This document shows positions 38,079 to 52,201 of a stretch of 64,000 nucleotides of DNA, in pieces. The notes under the pieces are model-generated. The model was not told the origin of the DNA. It saw nothing but the letters and a program-made list of their open reading frames with translations, and did not search any database. Source of the DNA: Leucoraja ocellata (taxonomy: Eukaryota). Positions within the stretch are counted from its first letter, which is position 1. Each line of letters begins with the position of its first letter. The stretch covers positions 186,001 to 250,000 of the forward strand of contig JAWMAR010000471.1 in assembly GCA_036785375.1 (NCBI GenBank), in the 5' to 3' direction. A program made the translations under genes and the position numbers.

Positions 38079-39107
38079 ATGCTGGCCTTGACAATGTATT
38101 GGCTTCTTACAGCTGCAGCTTTCTTAACCGGTAAGTTCACCACGTTTCCAATTATGTAGGGCAACATATTTAATCAACCAAATACCCTGAAGGCAACACA
38201 ACTACTTTAGAAAGGGAGTTAGAAAGATGAATCATTTAGGCATTTCCCTGCGCCTTTCCGCCCATCTTTATTGGCTTCTTACAGCTGCAGCTCTCTTAAC
38301 CGGTAAGTTCACCACGTTTCCAATACTGTAGGCCACGATATTTAATTAATCGGATACCTTGAATGCAACACAACGACTTTAGAAAGGGAGTCCGTATGAG
38401 GACAGTAAACGGAGAGCACATTAAGATAAAAGACTCAGTTTCACCGTAATTGATGTTCGGAAATTTGAGGTGAGTTTCCAGGTTTATCGCTGGAAAGCAG
38501 CGCCGACGTAGAAGCATCGTAGAGTTAGTACACATCGGTGGTTCACGCCCGAGTGATCTACGATTGCCTTTTCCCTCCCCGGAAGCAATAACGCCGTCCA
38601 GTCCGATGGAACGGGTTGTATTATCTTTAAAGATGAATCTATTAGGCAATTCCCAGCGCCTTTCCGCCCATCTTTATTTAGCTTTTAGGGGAGGGTATGT
38701 TTGATGTCATTGTACCTCATATCAGTGTCAGGATGAGGGGTATTCTGAAGTATGAGCTGAGTTGGGTGATATTGTGTTATTTATCCCCGGTCTCTTGCAG
38801 GGAATTGTCGAGGCGACGACGTTTCCCAGACACCGGCAGCGGTTACAGTGAGTGAAGGGGAGGATACAAAATTGAGCTGCAACTATACAGCTACAAGCAC
38901 GACCAATCCTGGACTAATCTGGTACCGTCAGTATCCCGGCGGATCCCTTGAGTTTCTGCTGCTCAGAACGAAATACCAAGGCGGCGAGAAGAACAATGCC
39001 GGGGACCGTTTTACTGCGGAGCTCGACCATTCGACAGGAACGGTCCCGCTGACGGTGTCACAAACGCGGCTCCGAGACTCAGCGATGTATTACTGCGCTC
39101 TGAGCCC
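38079..39107 (+). CDS. V21: TCR alpha/delta-like V segment (V exon 38801-39107)
   Basis: Open frame, CDR2 region TKYQGGEK. RSS 39108-39146 with CACGGAG. Duplicated leader 3' end in the intron. Confidence 0.88.
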
Positions 39108-39922
39108 CACGGAGATGCAGAATTGGGCTCAGCTTGTACAAAAACTACCAGTGCACCCACTGACGTATCACCCCGTAAGCACAACTTTCTCAGCATCGGC
39201 GCGTCCTCGTTGATTGCTGCTCCCGTTCCAACGCCAGTGTGTTTGCTGTCATTAATATACGATTTTTAAATATTAAAAAACGACCATGATAATTGGGTTG
39301 AAGAATAGCTTCTAACAAACAAATATTAGGTCCTTGAACCCCACACCGCACTAAAAGATGAACTATGAAATGTCTTCGGTTGCATTAAGCACTTCATGCA
39401 TCTTATGCCCATGGACCTGGTTGTTAATTTATTGAATTTTGTTTATTACAAGGACTTTGGGACTTTTGCCTTCCATCACACTGAGGAGGTGCCTGGTGGA
39501 CTCACTGTGGTGAATGTTAAAACTGCGTTGAGTGTGTGTTTTGTTATTTTATTCTCTGTTATGACTGCTCGGTTAAACCATTTCTTTGTACTGTAAATGT
39601 GCAATGACAATAAAGTTGAATCTAATCTAATCTAATCTAATTATATATTGTACTTCCGGTCTTGCCCGTCATGTGACGCCCTGGAACAGAAAAGAAAGGA
39701 CGTTTGAAATGATTGGGCAACAAAAGCTGTGATGTGATTGGCAGAATTAAGAAACTTCGGGAACATGGAGAACAAATTAGCTCCGCGCTGACGGGATGTG
39801 ACGCTGTCAAGAATAAGCCAATGAATGAAGAACCCAGCCCACAGCTCTTTTACAATATCAGATTAAACCTGTTTCCGGGTGAGACAATTTCAGTTCATAT
39901 TCACTCTCAATGCAATTACAAC

Positions 39923-40751
39923 ATGCTGGCCTTGACAATGTATTGGCTTCTTACAGCTGCTGCTCTCTTAACCGGTAAGTTCACCACGTTTCCAATAATG
40001 TAGGGCACGATATTTAATCAACCAAATACCTTGAATGCAACAAAACGACTTTAGAAAGGGAGTCCGTATGAGCACAGTAAACGTAGAGCACATTAGGAAA
40101 AAAGATGCAGTTTCACAGTAATTGATGTTCGGAAATTTGAGGTGAGTTTCCAGGTTAATTGTTGGAAAGCAGCCGCGTTGGTGCAGCCGCATCGTAGAGT
40201 TAGAACACACCGGTGGTTCACGCACGAGTGTCAGAGTCAGAGTCAGAGTCAATTTAATTGTCATTTGGACCCCTGGAGGTCCAAACGAAATGCCGTTTCT
40301 GCAGCCATACATTACATACAAATAGACCCCAGACACAACAATAATTACATTTAACATAAACATCCATCACATAGCTGTGATGGAAGGCCAAATAAACTTA
40401 TCTCTCCACTGCACTCTCCCCCCCCCCCCCCCCCCGATGTCAGAGTCAAAGCCATAGCCCCCGGCTGGCGATGGCGATTGTCCCGCGGCCATTAAAGCCA
40501 CGCCGGGTGGTGCGAGGTCGCACACCGGGTCTTGGTGTTAGAGCCCCCGGTGTGCGCTCGCAGAGTCCGCGGCCATTCCAGCCGCGCGGGGCAGTGGTGT
40601 CAGGCCCCGCTCCAGGAGCTCTTCAACCCCGCAACTCGGGCGGGAGAAGTCGCCGTTGCAGGAGCCCTGAGAAGCGGTCTCCCTCCAGGGAGCCGTGGGC
40701 TCCCGGTGCCGCCGTCCACAGACCTGCCGTTGGAGCCTCCGACTCTCCGGT

Positions 40752-40784
<33 letters not shown>

Positions 40785-41685
40785 GACAGCAGCAGCAGCA
40801 GCAGCGCTCCTCCACCGCTCCACCCGCTCCGGACTCGGCCAGCTCGCGACGGCAACGGTTAGTCGACACCTGAGTCCCCGGCTTCTTCCTGTTGGAGGCC
40901 GCTCCTCGTTGCGGCCTCAACGACACCTGAGACCCGACGAGAAAAGGTCGGGTCTCCAGTGCAGGGAGAGATTCAAAAAGTTTCCCCCCCCTCCCACCCC
41001 ACCCCCGTCCCCCCCCCCCCCCCCCCCACACACACCCCAACATAAAATAACAAAAACTACATAAAAACACAGACAAAAAATAATAAAAACGCGGACAGGC
41101 TGCAGAGGCCGCTGCTGGCCAGAGCCGCGCCGCCTACCGATTCCCCTTTTCCACCCCGGAAGCAATAGCGACGTCCAGTCCGATGGAACGGGTTGTATTA
41201 TCCTTAAAGATCAATTCATTCGGTAATTCCCAGCGCCTTTCCGCCCATCTGTATTTAGCTTTTTGGGGAGTGGTATGTTTGATGTCATTGTACCTCATAT
41301 CAGTACCAGGATGAGGGGTATTCTGAATTATTAGCTGAATTAGGTGATGTTGTGTTTTTTATCCCCGGACTCTTGCAGGGAATTGTCGAGGCGACGCCGT
41401 TTCTCAGACACCGGCAGCGGTTACAGTGAGTGAAGGGGATGACGCACAGTTGAGCTGCAACTATACAGCTACAAGCAGGTCCACTCATGGACTAATCTGG
41501 TATCGTCAGTATCCCGGCGGATCCCTTCAGTTTCTGCTGCTCAGAACGAGATACGATGCTGGCCATAAGAACAATGCCGGGGACCGTTTTACTGCGGAGT
41601 TCAACCATTCGACGGGAAGGGTCCCGCTGACGGTGTCACAAACGCGGCTCCGAGACTCGGCGATGTATTACTGCGCTCTGAACCC
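39923..41685 (+). CDS. V22: TCR alpha/delta-like V segment (V exon 41379-41685; 0.9 kb retroposon in the intron)
   Basis: Open frame, CDR2 region TRYDAGHK. RSS 41686-41724: CACGGTG-23-ACAAAAACC (consensus nonamer). Confidence 0.88.
40230..41137 (-). mobile_element. About 0.9 kb GC-rich non-coding retroposon in the V22 intron
   Basis: Interrupts the conserved intron motif cacgagtg|atctacgattccc. Its minus-strand 3' end is catttcgttt...aatgacaattaaatt(GACTCT)n, like the Rex1-type tail. No RT motifs. Confidence 0.75.
40752..40806 (+). repeat. (CAG)n microsatellite, imperfect
   Basis: agcagcagc... run with one caacgac interruption. Confidence 0.9.
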
Positions 41686-42500
41686 CACGGTGGCGCAGAA
41701 TTGGGCTGAGCCTGTACAAAAACCACCAGTGCACCCACTGACGTAACACCCCGTAAGCACAACTTTCTCAGCATCGGCGCGTCCTCGTAGATTGCTGCAC
41801 CCGTCCCAACGTCAGTGTGTTTGCTGTCATTAATACTCGATTTTTAAATATTTAAAAAAAAAACATGACAGTTGGCTTGAAGAATAGCTTCTAACAAACA
41901 AATATTAGGGTTTTGAGCCCTACACTGCACTAAAAGATGAACTATGAAATGTTTTCGGTTGCATTAAGCACTTCATGCATCTGCTGCGCATGGACCTAGT
42001 TGTTAATTTATTGAATTTTGTTTATTACAAGGACTTTGGGACCTTTGACTTCCATCCCCGTGAGGAGGTGCCTGGTGGACTCATTGTGGTGGATGTTAAA
42101 ACAGTGTTGAATGTGTGTTTTGTTATTTTCTTCTATGTTATGACAGCTCGGTTAAACCATTTATTTGTACTGTAAATGTGCAATGACAATAAAGTTGAAT
42201 CTAATCTAATCTAATCTAATTATATATTGTACTTCCGGACTTGCCCTCCTGTGTCGTCATGGAACAGTACGTAAAGGAGGTTTGAGATGATTGGGCACCA
42301 AAAGCAGTGATGTGTTTGGCAGAATTAAGAAACTTCGGGGAGTTGGTGAACAAATTAGCTCTGCGCCGACGGGATGTGACGTTGTCAAGAATAAGCCAAT
42401 GAATGAAGAGCCTAGACCACACCCCTTTCACAATATCAGATTAAACCTGTTTCCGGGTGAGACCATTTCAGTTCATATTCACTCTCAATGCAATTACAAC

Positions 42501-43530
42501 ATGCTGGCCTTGACAATGTATTGGCTTCTTACAGCTGCAGCTCTCTTAACCGGTAAGTTCACCACGTTTCCAATTATGTAGGGCAACATATTTATTCAAC
42601 CAAATACCTTGAAGGCAACACAACTACTTTAGGAAGGGAGTTAGAAAGATGAATCATTTAGGCATTTCCCAGCGCCTTTCCGCCCATCTTTATTGGCTTC
42701 TTACAGCTGCAGCTCTCTTAACCGGTAAGTTCACCACGTTTCCAATACCGTAGGCCACGATATTTAATTAATCGAATACCTTGAATGCAACACAACGACT
42801 TTAGAAAGGGAGTCCGTATGAGGACAGTAAACACAGAGCACATTAAGATAAAAGACTCCGTTTCACCGTAATTGATGTTCGGAAATTTGAGGTGAGTTTC
42901 CAGGTTAATCGCTGGAAAGCAGCCGCGACGGAGAAGCATCGTAGAGTTAGAACACACCGGTGGTTCACGCCCGAGTGATCTACGATTGCCTTTTCCCTCC
43001 CCGGAAGCAATAACGACGTCCAGTCCGATGGAACGTGTTGTATTATCTTTAAAGATGAATCTATTAGGCATTTCCCAGCGCCTTTCCGCCCATCTTTATT
43101 TAGCTTTTAGGGGAGGGGTATGTTTGATGTCATTGTACCTCATATCAGTGTCAGGATGAGGGGTATTCTGAAGTATGAGCTGAGTTGGGTGATATTGTGT
43201 TATTTATCCCCGGTCTCTTGCAGGGAATTGTCGAGGCGATGACGTTTCCCAGACACCGGCAGCGGTTACAGTGAGTGAAGGGGAGGATACAAAATTGAGC
43301 TGCAACTATAGAGCTACAAGCACGACCAATCCTGGACTAATCTGGTACCGTCAGTATCCCGGCGGATCCCTTAAGTTTCTGCTGCTCAGAACGAAATACC
43401 AAGGCGGCGAGAAGAACAATGCCGGGGAACGTTTCTCTGCGGAGCTCGACCGTTTGACAGGAACGGTCCCGCTGACGGTGTCACAAACACGGCTCCGAGA
43501 CTCGGCGATGTATTACTGCGCTCTGAGCCC
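42501..43530 (+). CDS. V23: TCR alpha/delta-like V segment (V exon 43224-43530)
   Basis: Open frame, close to V21. RSS 43531-43569 with CACGGAG. Confidence 0.88.
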
Positions 43531-44329
43531 CACGGAGACGCAGAATTGGGCTGAGCCTGTACAAAAACTACCAGTGCACCCACTGACGTATCACCCCGTC
43601 AGCACAACTTTCTCAGCATCGGCGCGTCCTCGTAGATTGCTGCACCCGTCCCAACGCCAGTGTGTTTGCTGTCATTAATACTAGAATTTTGAATATTTAA
43701 AAAAAACCATGACAGTTGGCTTGGAGAATAGCTTCTAACAAACAAATATTAGGTTTTTGAGCCCGACACCGCACTAAAGGATGAACTATGAAATGTATTC
43801 GGTTGCATTAAGCACTTCATGCATCTTATGCACATGGACCTAGTTGTTAATTTATTGAATTTTGTTTATTACAAGGACTTTGGGATTTTTCTGTTGGACT
43901 CACTGTGGTGGATGTTAAAACTGTGTTGAGTGTGTGTTTTGTTATTTTATTCTATGTTATGACAGCTCGGTTAAACCATTTATTTGTACTGTAAATGTGC
44001 AATGACAATAAAGTTGAATCTAATCTAATCTAATCTAATTATGTATTGTACTTCCGGCCTTGCCCCACCTGTGACGTAATTGGACCAGAAAACAAAGAAG
44101 GTGTGAGATAATTGGGCAACAAAAGCAGTAATGTGATTGGCGGAATTAAGAAACTGAGTGAATTCGGGGAGTTGGAGAACAAATTAGCTTCGCTCCGACG
44201 GGATGTGACGCTGTCAAGAATAATCCAATGAATGAAGAACATCGACCACACCCCTTTCACAATATCAGATTAAACCTGTTTCCGGGGGAGACCATTTCAG
44301 TTCATATTCACTTTCAATGCAATTACAAC

Positions 44330-45187
44330 ATGCTGGCCTCGACAGTGTATTGGCTTCTTACAGCTGCAGCTCTCTTAACCGGTAAGCTCGCCACGTTTCC
44401 AATAATGTAGGGCACGATATTTAATCAACCAAATACCTTGAATGCAACACAACAACTTTAGAAAGGGAGTCCGTATGAGGACAGTAAACACAGAGCACCT
44501 TAGGAAAAAAGATGCAGTTTCACAGTAATTCATGTTCGGAAATTTGAGATGAGTTTCCAGGTTAATTGTTGGAAAGCAGCCCCGACGGAGCAGCATCGTA
44601 GAGTTAGAACACACCGGTGGTTCGCGCACGAGTGATCTACGATTCCCCTTTTCCACCCCGGAAGCAATAACGACGTCCAGTGCGATGGAACCGGTTAGAT
44701 TATCTTTAAATATCAATTTATTCGGTAATTCCCAGCGCCTTTCCGCCCATCTTTATTTAGCTTTTGGGGGAGGGTTAAGTTTGATGTCATTGTGCCTCAT
44801 ATCAGTATCAGGATGAGGGGTATTCTGAAGTATGAGCTGAATTAGATGATGTTGTGTTATTTATCCCTGGACTCTTGCAGGGAATTGTCGAGGGGACGCC
44901 GTTTCTCAGTCATCGGCAGCGGTTACAGTGAATGAAGGGGATGATACAAAATTGAGCTGCAACTATACAGCTACAAGCGCGGGCAGCTCTGGACTAATCT
45001 GGTACCGTCAGTATCCCGGCGGATCCCTTGAGTTTCTGCTGCTCAGAACGACATACAAAGGCGGCGAGAAGAACAATGCCGGGGACCGTTTTTCTGCTGA
45101 GCTCAACCATTCGACAGGAACGGTCCCGCTGACGGTGTCACAAACACGGCTCCGAGACTCGGCGATGTATTACTGCGCTCTGAACCC
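44330..45187 (+). CDS. V24: TCR alpha/delta-like V segment (V exon 44881-45187)
   Basis: Open frame. RSS 45188-45226 with CACGGTG. Confidence 0.9.
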
Positions 45188-45486
45188 CACGGTGGCGCAG
45201 AATTGGGCTGAGTCTGTACAAAAACTATCAGAGATCCCCGTCAGTTTTCACCGCGTTTGTCAGCATCGGCGCGTCCTCGTTGATTGCCCCAACGCCAATG
45301 TGTTTGCTGTCATTAATAGAAGATTTTTAAATATTAAAAAAACATGACAATGGGTTGAAGAATAGCTTCTAACAAACATACATTAGGTTCTTGAACACAC
45401 CACAGCACCAACAGATGGACTATACACTGTCTCTGGTTGCATTAAGCGGTTCATACTCTTATGCACATGGGCTAGATTGTTAATTT

Positions 45487-46528
45487 ATAACCTGATAACC
45501 ATATAACAATTACAGCATGGAAACCGGCCATCACAGTCGTTCTAGTCCGAGCCGAACACTTATTCTCACCTCGTCTCATCTGCCAGCACTCAGACCATAA
45601 CACTCCATTCCTTTCCCGTCCATATACCCATCCAATTAATTTTTAAATGATAAAATCGAACCTGCCTCCACCACTTCCACTGGAAGCTAATTCCACACAG
45701 CCACCACTCTCTGAGTAAAGAAGTTCCCCCTCATGTTACCCCTAAACTTCTGCCCCTTAATTCTCAAATCATGTCCTCGTGTTTGAATATTCCCTACTCT
45801 CAATGGAAAAAGCTTATCCACGTCAACTCTGTCTATCCCTCTCACCATTTAAAGACCAATATCAAGTACCCCTTTAACCTTCTGCGCTCCAAAGAATTAT
45901 AGACCTAACTTAGGAACATGGATACATAGAAAATAGGTGCAGGATGATGCCATTCAGCCCTTCGAGCCTGCACCGCCATTCAATATGATCATGGCTGATC
46001 ATCCAACTCAGTATTCTGTACCTGCCTTCTCTCCATACCCCTTGATGCCTTTAGCCACAAGGGCCACATGTAACTCCCTCTTAAACATAGCCAATGAACT
46101 GGCCTCAACTACCTTCTGTGGCAGAGAATTCCAGAGATTCACCACTCTCTGTGTGAAAAATGTGTTTCTCATCCCGGCTCTAAAATATTTCCTTCTTATC
46201 CTTGAACTGTGACCCCTTGTTCTGGACTTCCCCAACATCGGAAACAATCTTCCTGCATCTAGTTTGTCCAACCCTTAGGATGTTGTAAGTTTCTATAAGA
46301 TCCCCCCTCAATCTTCTAAATTCTAGCGAGTACAAGCCGAGTCTATCCAGTCTTTTTTCATATGATAATCGTGACATCCCATGAATCAGTCTGGTGAACC
46401 TTCTCTGTACTCCCTCTATTGCAAGAATGTCTTTCCTCAGATTAGCAGATCAAAACTGTACTGAAGTGTGGTCACACCCAGACCATGGACAACTGCAGTA
46501 GTACCTCTCTGCTGCTATACTCAAATCC
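45487..46528 (-). mobile_element. Spacer element C, second copy
   Basis: Same two CR1 fragments with the same junctions as 33426-34475. Confidence 0.88.
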
Positions 46529-46918
46529 CGTCCCAACGCCAGTGTGTTTGCTGCCATTAAGACTCGATGTTTTAATTAAAAAAACCCCATGACAATTGGG
46601 TTGAGGAATAAGTTATTGAATTTTGTTTATTGTACATTGTACTTCAGGCCTTGCCCCTCCTGTGACGTAATGGAACATAAAACAAATGAGGTTTGAGATG
46701 ATTGGGCAACAAAAGCTGTGATGTCATTGGCGGAATTGTAAACTGAGTGAATTCGGGGTGTTGGAGAACAAATTAGCTCCGCGCCGACGGGATGTGACGC
46801 TGTCAAGAATAAGCCAATGAATGAAGAACATCGACCACACCCCTTTCACAATATCAGATTAAACCTGTTTCCGGGTGAGACCATTTCATTTCATATTCAC
46901 TCTCAATGTAATTACAAC

Positions 46919-47732
46919 ATGCTGACCTTGACAATGTATTGGCTTCTTACAGCTGCAGCTCTCTTAACCGGTAAGTTCACCACGTTTCCAATAATGTAGG
47001 CCACGATATTTAATTAACCGAATACCTTGAATGCAACACAACGACTTTAGGAAGGGAGTCCGTATGAGGACAGTAAACGGAGAGCTCATTAGGAAAAAAG
47101 ACTCAGTTTCATAGTAATTGATGTTCGGAAATTCGAGGTGAGTTTCCAGGTTAATTGTTGGAAAGCAGCCGCGATGGTGAAGCATCGAGTGATCTACGAT
47201 TCTCTTTTCCCTCCCCGGAAGCAAAAACGACGTCCAGTCCGATGGAACGGTTTGGATTATCATTAAAGATAAATGTATTTGGTAATTCCCAGCGCCTTCC
47301 CGCCCTTTTGGGGGGAGGGGTATGTTTGATGTCATTGTACCTCATGTCAGTATCAAGATGAGGGATATTCTGAAGTATGAGCTGAATTAGGTGATGTTGT
47401 GTTATTTATCCCCGGACTCTTGCAGGGAATTGTAGAGGCGACGCCGTTTCTCAGACACCGGCAGCGGTTACAGTGAGTTAAGGGGATGATACAAAATTGA
47501 GCTGCAACTATACAGCTACAAGCGCGACCTCTGCTGGACTAATCTGGTACCGTCAGTATCCCGGCGGATCCCTTGAGTTTCTGCTGCTCAGAACGACATA
47601 CAAAGGCGGCGAGAAGAACAATGCCGGGGACCGTTTTTCTGCTGAGCTCAACCATTCGAAAGGAACGGTCCCGCTGACGGTGTCACAAACGCGGCTCCGA
47701 GATTCGGCGATGTATTACTGCGCTCTGAACCC
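46919..47732 (+). pseudogene. V25: V pseudogene (in-frame TAA at 47479-47481)
   Basis: gtg agt TAA in FR1. V exon 47426-47732, RSS 47733-47771. Confidence 0.9.
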
Positions 47733-48517
47733 CACGGTGGCGCAGAATTGGGCTGCGTCTGTACAAAAACTATCAGAGATGCACGTCAGTTTGCAGCGCG
47801 TTTGTCAGCATCGGCGCGCCCTTGATGATTGCTGCACCCGTCCCAACGCCAGTGTGTTTGCTGTCATTAATACACTATTTTGAAAAATTAAAAAAACCCA
47901 TGATAATTGGGTTGAAGAATAGCTTCTAACAAACACATTTTAGGTTATTGACCACTACACAGCACTAAAAGATGAACTATGAAATGCCTTCGGTCACATT
48001 ACGCACGTCATGCATCTTATGCACATGGACCTGGTTGTTAATTTATTACATTTTGTTTATTACAAGGACTTTGGGATTTTTCCTTCCATCACAGTGAGGA
48101 GGTGCCTGGTGGACTCACTGTGGTGGACGTTAAAACTGTGTTGAATGTGTGTTTTGTTATTTTATTCTATGTTATGACAGCTCGGTTAAACCATCTCTTT
48201 GTACTGTAAATGTGCAATGACAATAAAGTCGAATCTACTCTAATTATATATTGTACTTCCGGTCTTGTGACGCCCTGGAACAGAAAAGAAAGGACGTTTG
48301 AAATGATTGGGCAACAAAAGCAGTGATGTGATTGGCAGAATTAAGAAACTTCGGGGAGCTGGAGAACAAATTAGCTCCGCGCCGACGGGATGTGACGCTG
48401 TCAAGAATAAGCCAAACGAATTAAGAGCCTAGACCACACCCCTTTCACAATATCAGATTAAACCTGTTTCCGGGTGAGACCATTTCAGTTAATGTTCACT
48501 CTCAATGCAATTACAAC

Positions 48518-49383
48518 ATGCTGGCCTTGACAATGTATTGGCTTCTTGCAGCTGCAGCTTTCTTAACCGGTAAGCTCACCACGTTTCCAATAGTGTAGGG
48601 CATGATATTTAATCAACCAAATACCTTGAATGCAACACAACTTTAGAAAGGGAGTCCGTATAGGGATAGTAAACGCAGATCACATTAGGAAAAAAAGATG
48701 CAGTTTCACATTAATTGATGTTCGGAAATTCGAGGTGAGTTTCCAGGTTAATTGTTGGAAAGCAGCCGCGATGGAGAAGCATCGTAGAGTTAGAACACAC
48801 CGGCGGTTCACGCACGAGTGATCTACGATTCCCCTCTCCCCCCCCCCCCCCCCCCCGAAACAATAACGACGTCCAGTACGCTGAAACGGGTTGGATTATC
48901 GTTAAAGATCAATTTATTCGATAATTCCCAGCGCCTTTCCGCCCATCTTTATTTAGCTTTTAGAGGAGGGGTATGTTTGATGTCATTGTACCTCATATCA
49001 GTATCAGGATGAGGGTTATTCTGAAGTATGTGCTGGGTTGGGTGATGTTGTGTTATTTATCCCCGGACTCTTGCAGGGAATTGTAGAGGCGACGCCGTTT
49101 CTCAGACACCGGCAGCGGTTACAGTGAGTGAAGGGGATGATACAAAATTGAGCTGCAACTATACAGCTACAAGAACGACCCCTCCTGGACTAATCTGGTA
49201 CCGTCAGTATCCCGGCGGATCCCTTGAGTTTCTGCTGCTCAGAACGACATACAAAGGCGGCGAGAAGAACAATGCCGGGGACCGTTTTTCTGCTGAGCTC
49301 AAACATTCGACAGGAACGGTCCCGCTGACGGTGTCACAAACACTGCTCCAAGACTCGGCGATATATTACTGCGCTCTGAACCC
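48518..49383 (+). CDS. V26: TCR alpha/delta-like V segment (V exon 49077-49383)
   Basis: Open frame. RSS 49384-49422 with CACGGTG. Confidence 0.9.
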
Positions 49384-50195
49384 CACGGTGGGGCAGAATT
49401 GGGCTGAGCCTGTACAAAAACAATCAGCGATCCCCGTCGGTTTGCAGCGCGTTTGTCAGCATCGGCGCGCCCTCGTTGAATGCTGCACCCGTTCCAACGC
49501 CAGTGTGTTTGCTGTCATTAATACACGATTTTTAAATATTAAAACCCCCCATGATAATTGGGTTGAAGAATAGCTTCTAACAAACAAATATTAGGTTCTT
49601 GAACCCTACACAGCAGTAAAAGATGAACTATGAAATGTATTCGGTTGCATTAAGCACTTCATGCATCTTATGCACATGGACCTGGTTGTTAATTTATTGA
49701 ATTTTGTTTATTACAAGGACTTTGGGACTTTTGCCTTCATCACAGTGAGGAGGTGCCTGTTGGACTCACAGTGGTGGATGTTAAAACTGTGTTGAGTGTG
49801 TGTTTTGTTATTTTATTCTATGTTATGACAGCTCGGTTAAACCATTTCTTTGTACTGTAAATGTGCAATGACAATAAAGTTGAATCTAATCTAATCTAAT
49901 CTAATTATATATTGTACTTCCGGCCTTGCCCCTCCTGTGACGTAATTGGACCAGAAAACAAAGGAGGTGTGAGATGATTGGGCAACAAAAGCAGTGATGT
50001 GATTGGCGGAATTAAGAAACTGAGTGAATTCGGGGAGATGGAGAACAAATTAGCTCCGCGCTGACGGGATGTGACGCTGTCAAGAATAAGCCAATGAATG
50101 AAGTACCTAGACCACAGCTCTTTTACAATATCAGATTAAACCTGTTTCCGGGTGAGACCATTTCAGTTCATATTCACTCTCAATGCAATTACAAC

Positions 50196-51064
50196 ATGCT
50201 GGCCTTGACAATGTATTGGCTTCTTACAGCTGCAGCTTTCTTAACCGGTAAGTTCACCACGTTTCCAATAATGTAGGGCATGATATTTATTCAACCAAAT
50301 ATCTTGAATGTAACACAAGGACTTTAGAAAACGAGCCCGTATGACGACAGTAAACGCAGAGCACATTAGGAAAAAAAGATGCAGTTTCACAGTAATTGAT
50401 GTTCGGAAATTCGAGGTGAGTTTCCAGGTTAATTGTTGGAAAGCAGCCGCGACGGTGAAGCATCGGAGAGCGTGAACACACCGGTGGTTCACGCACGAGT
50501 GATCTACGATTCCCCTCTTCCCCCCCCCCCCCCCCCCGAAACAATAACGACGTCCAGTACGCTGAAACGGGTTGGATTATCTTTAAAGATCGATTTATTC
50601 GATAATTCCCAGCGCCTTTTCGCCCATCTTTATTTAGCTTTTAGAGGAGGGGTATGTTTGATGTCATTGTACCTCATATCAGTATCAGGATGAGGGGTAT
50701 TCTGACGTTTGAGCTGAATTAGGTGATGTTGTGTTATTTATCCCCGGACTCTTGCAGGGAATTGTCGAGGCGACGCCGTTTCTCAGACACCGGCAGCAGT
50801 TACAGTGAGTGAAGGGGATGAAGCACAGTTGAACTGCAGTTATACAGCTGCAAGCTTGAACAATCCTGGTCTTATCTGGTACCGTCAGTATCCCGGCGGA
50901 TCCCTTGAGTTTCTGCTGCTCAGAACGAAATACAAAGGCGGCGAGAAGAACAATGCCGGGGACCGTTTTTCTGCGGAGCTCAACCATTCGACAGGAACGG
51001 TCCCGCTGATGGTGTCACAAACGCGGCTCCGAGACTCGGCGATGTATTACTGCGCTCTGAACCC
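50196..51064 (+). CDS. V27: TCR alpha/delta-like V segment (V exon 50758-51064)
   Basis: Open frame. RSS 51065-51103 with CACGGTG. Confidence 0.9.
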
Positions 51065-51366
51065 CACGGTGGCGCAGAATTGGGCTGAGGCCGTACAAAA
51101 ACTATCAGAGATGCCCGTGAGTTTGCAGCGCGTTTGTCAGCATCGGCGCGCCCTTGTTGATTGCTGCACCCGTCCCATCGCCAGTGTGTTTGCTGTCATT
51201 AATACACGATTTTTAAATATTAAAATCCCCCATGATAATTGGGTTGAAGAATAGCTTCTAACAAGCAAATATTAGGTTTTTGAACACTACACAGCACAAT
51301 ATCAGATTAAACCTGTTTCCGGGTGAGACCATTGCAGTTCATATTCACTCTCAATGCAATTACAAC

Positions 51367-52201
51367 ATGCTGGCCTTGACAATGTATTGGCTTCTTACAG
51401 CTGCAGCTCTCTTAACCGGTAAGTTCTCCACGTTTCCAATAATGTAGGGCATGATATTTAATCAACCAAATACCTTGAATGCAAAACAACGACTTTAGAA
51501 AGAGAGTCCGTGTGACGCTTGTAAACGCTGAGCACATTATGAAAAAACTCAGTTTCACAGTAATTGATGTTCGGAAATTCGAGGTGAGTTTCCAGGTTAA
51601 TTGTTGGAAAGCAGCCGCGATGGTGAAGCATCGGAGAGTGTGAACAAACCGATGGTTCACATACGAGTGATCTACGATTACCCCCTTCCTCCCCGGAAGC
51701 AATAACGACGTCCAGTCCAGAAAGATAAATTTAATTCGGTAATTCTCAGCTCCTTTCCGCCCATCTTTATTTAGCTTTTTGGGGAGGGGTATGTTTGATG
51801 TCATTGTACCTCCTATCAGTATCAGGATGAGGGGTATTCAGAAGTATGAGCTGAATTAGATGATGTTGTGTTATTTATCCCCGGACTCTTGCAGGGAATT
51901 GTCGAGGCGACGCCGTTTCTCAGACACCAGCAGCGGTTACCGTGAGTGAAGGGGAGAATGCAAAATTGAGCTGCAACTATACATCTGCAAGCACGACCCC
52001 TCCTGGACTAATCTGGTACCGTCAGTATCCCGGCGGATCCCTTGAGTTTCTGCTGCTCAGAACGACATACAAAGGCGGCGAGAAGAACAATGCCGGGGAC
52101 CGTTTTACTGCGGAGCTCAACCATCCGACAGGAACGGTCCCGCTGACGGTGTCACAAACGCGGCTCCGGGACTCGGCGATGTATTACTGCGCTCTAAACC
52201 C
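51367..52201 (+). CDS. V28: V segment with an open frame but deleted promoter and defective nonamer (V exon 51895-52201)
   Basis: The upstream ETS/CRE/CCAAT block is missing (junction near 51297). RSS 52202-52240 has nonamer ACAAAACTA. Confidence 0.75.

Noticed and set aside
40471-41076. Poly-Ala, poly-Cys and poly-Leu ORFs
   Set aside because: These are frame translations of a CAG microsatellite in a GC-rich retroposon with few stop codons.
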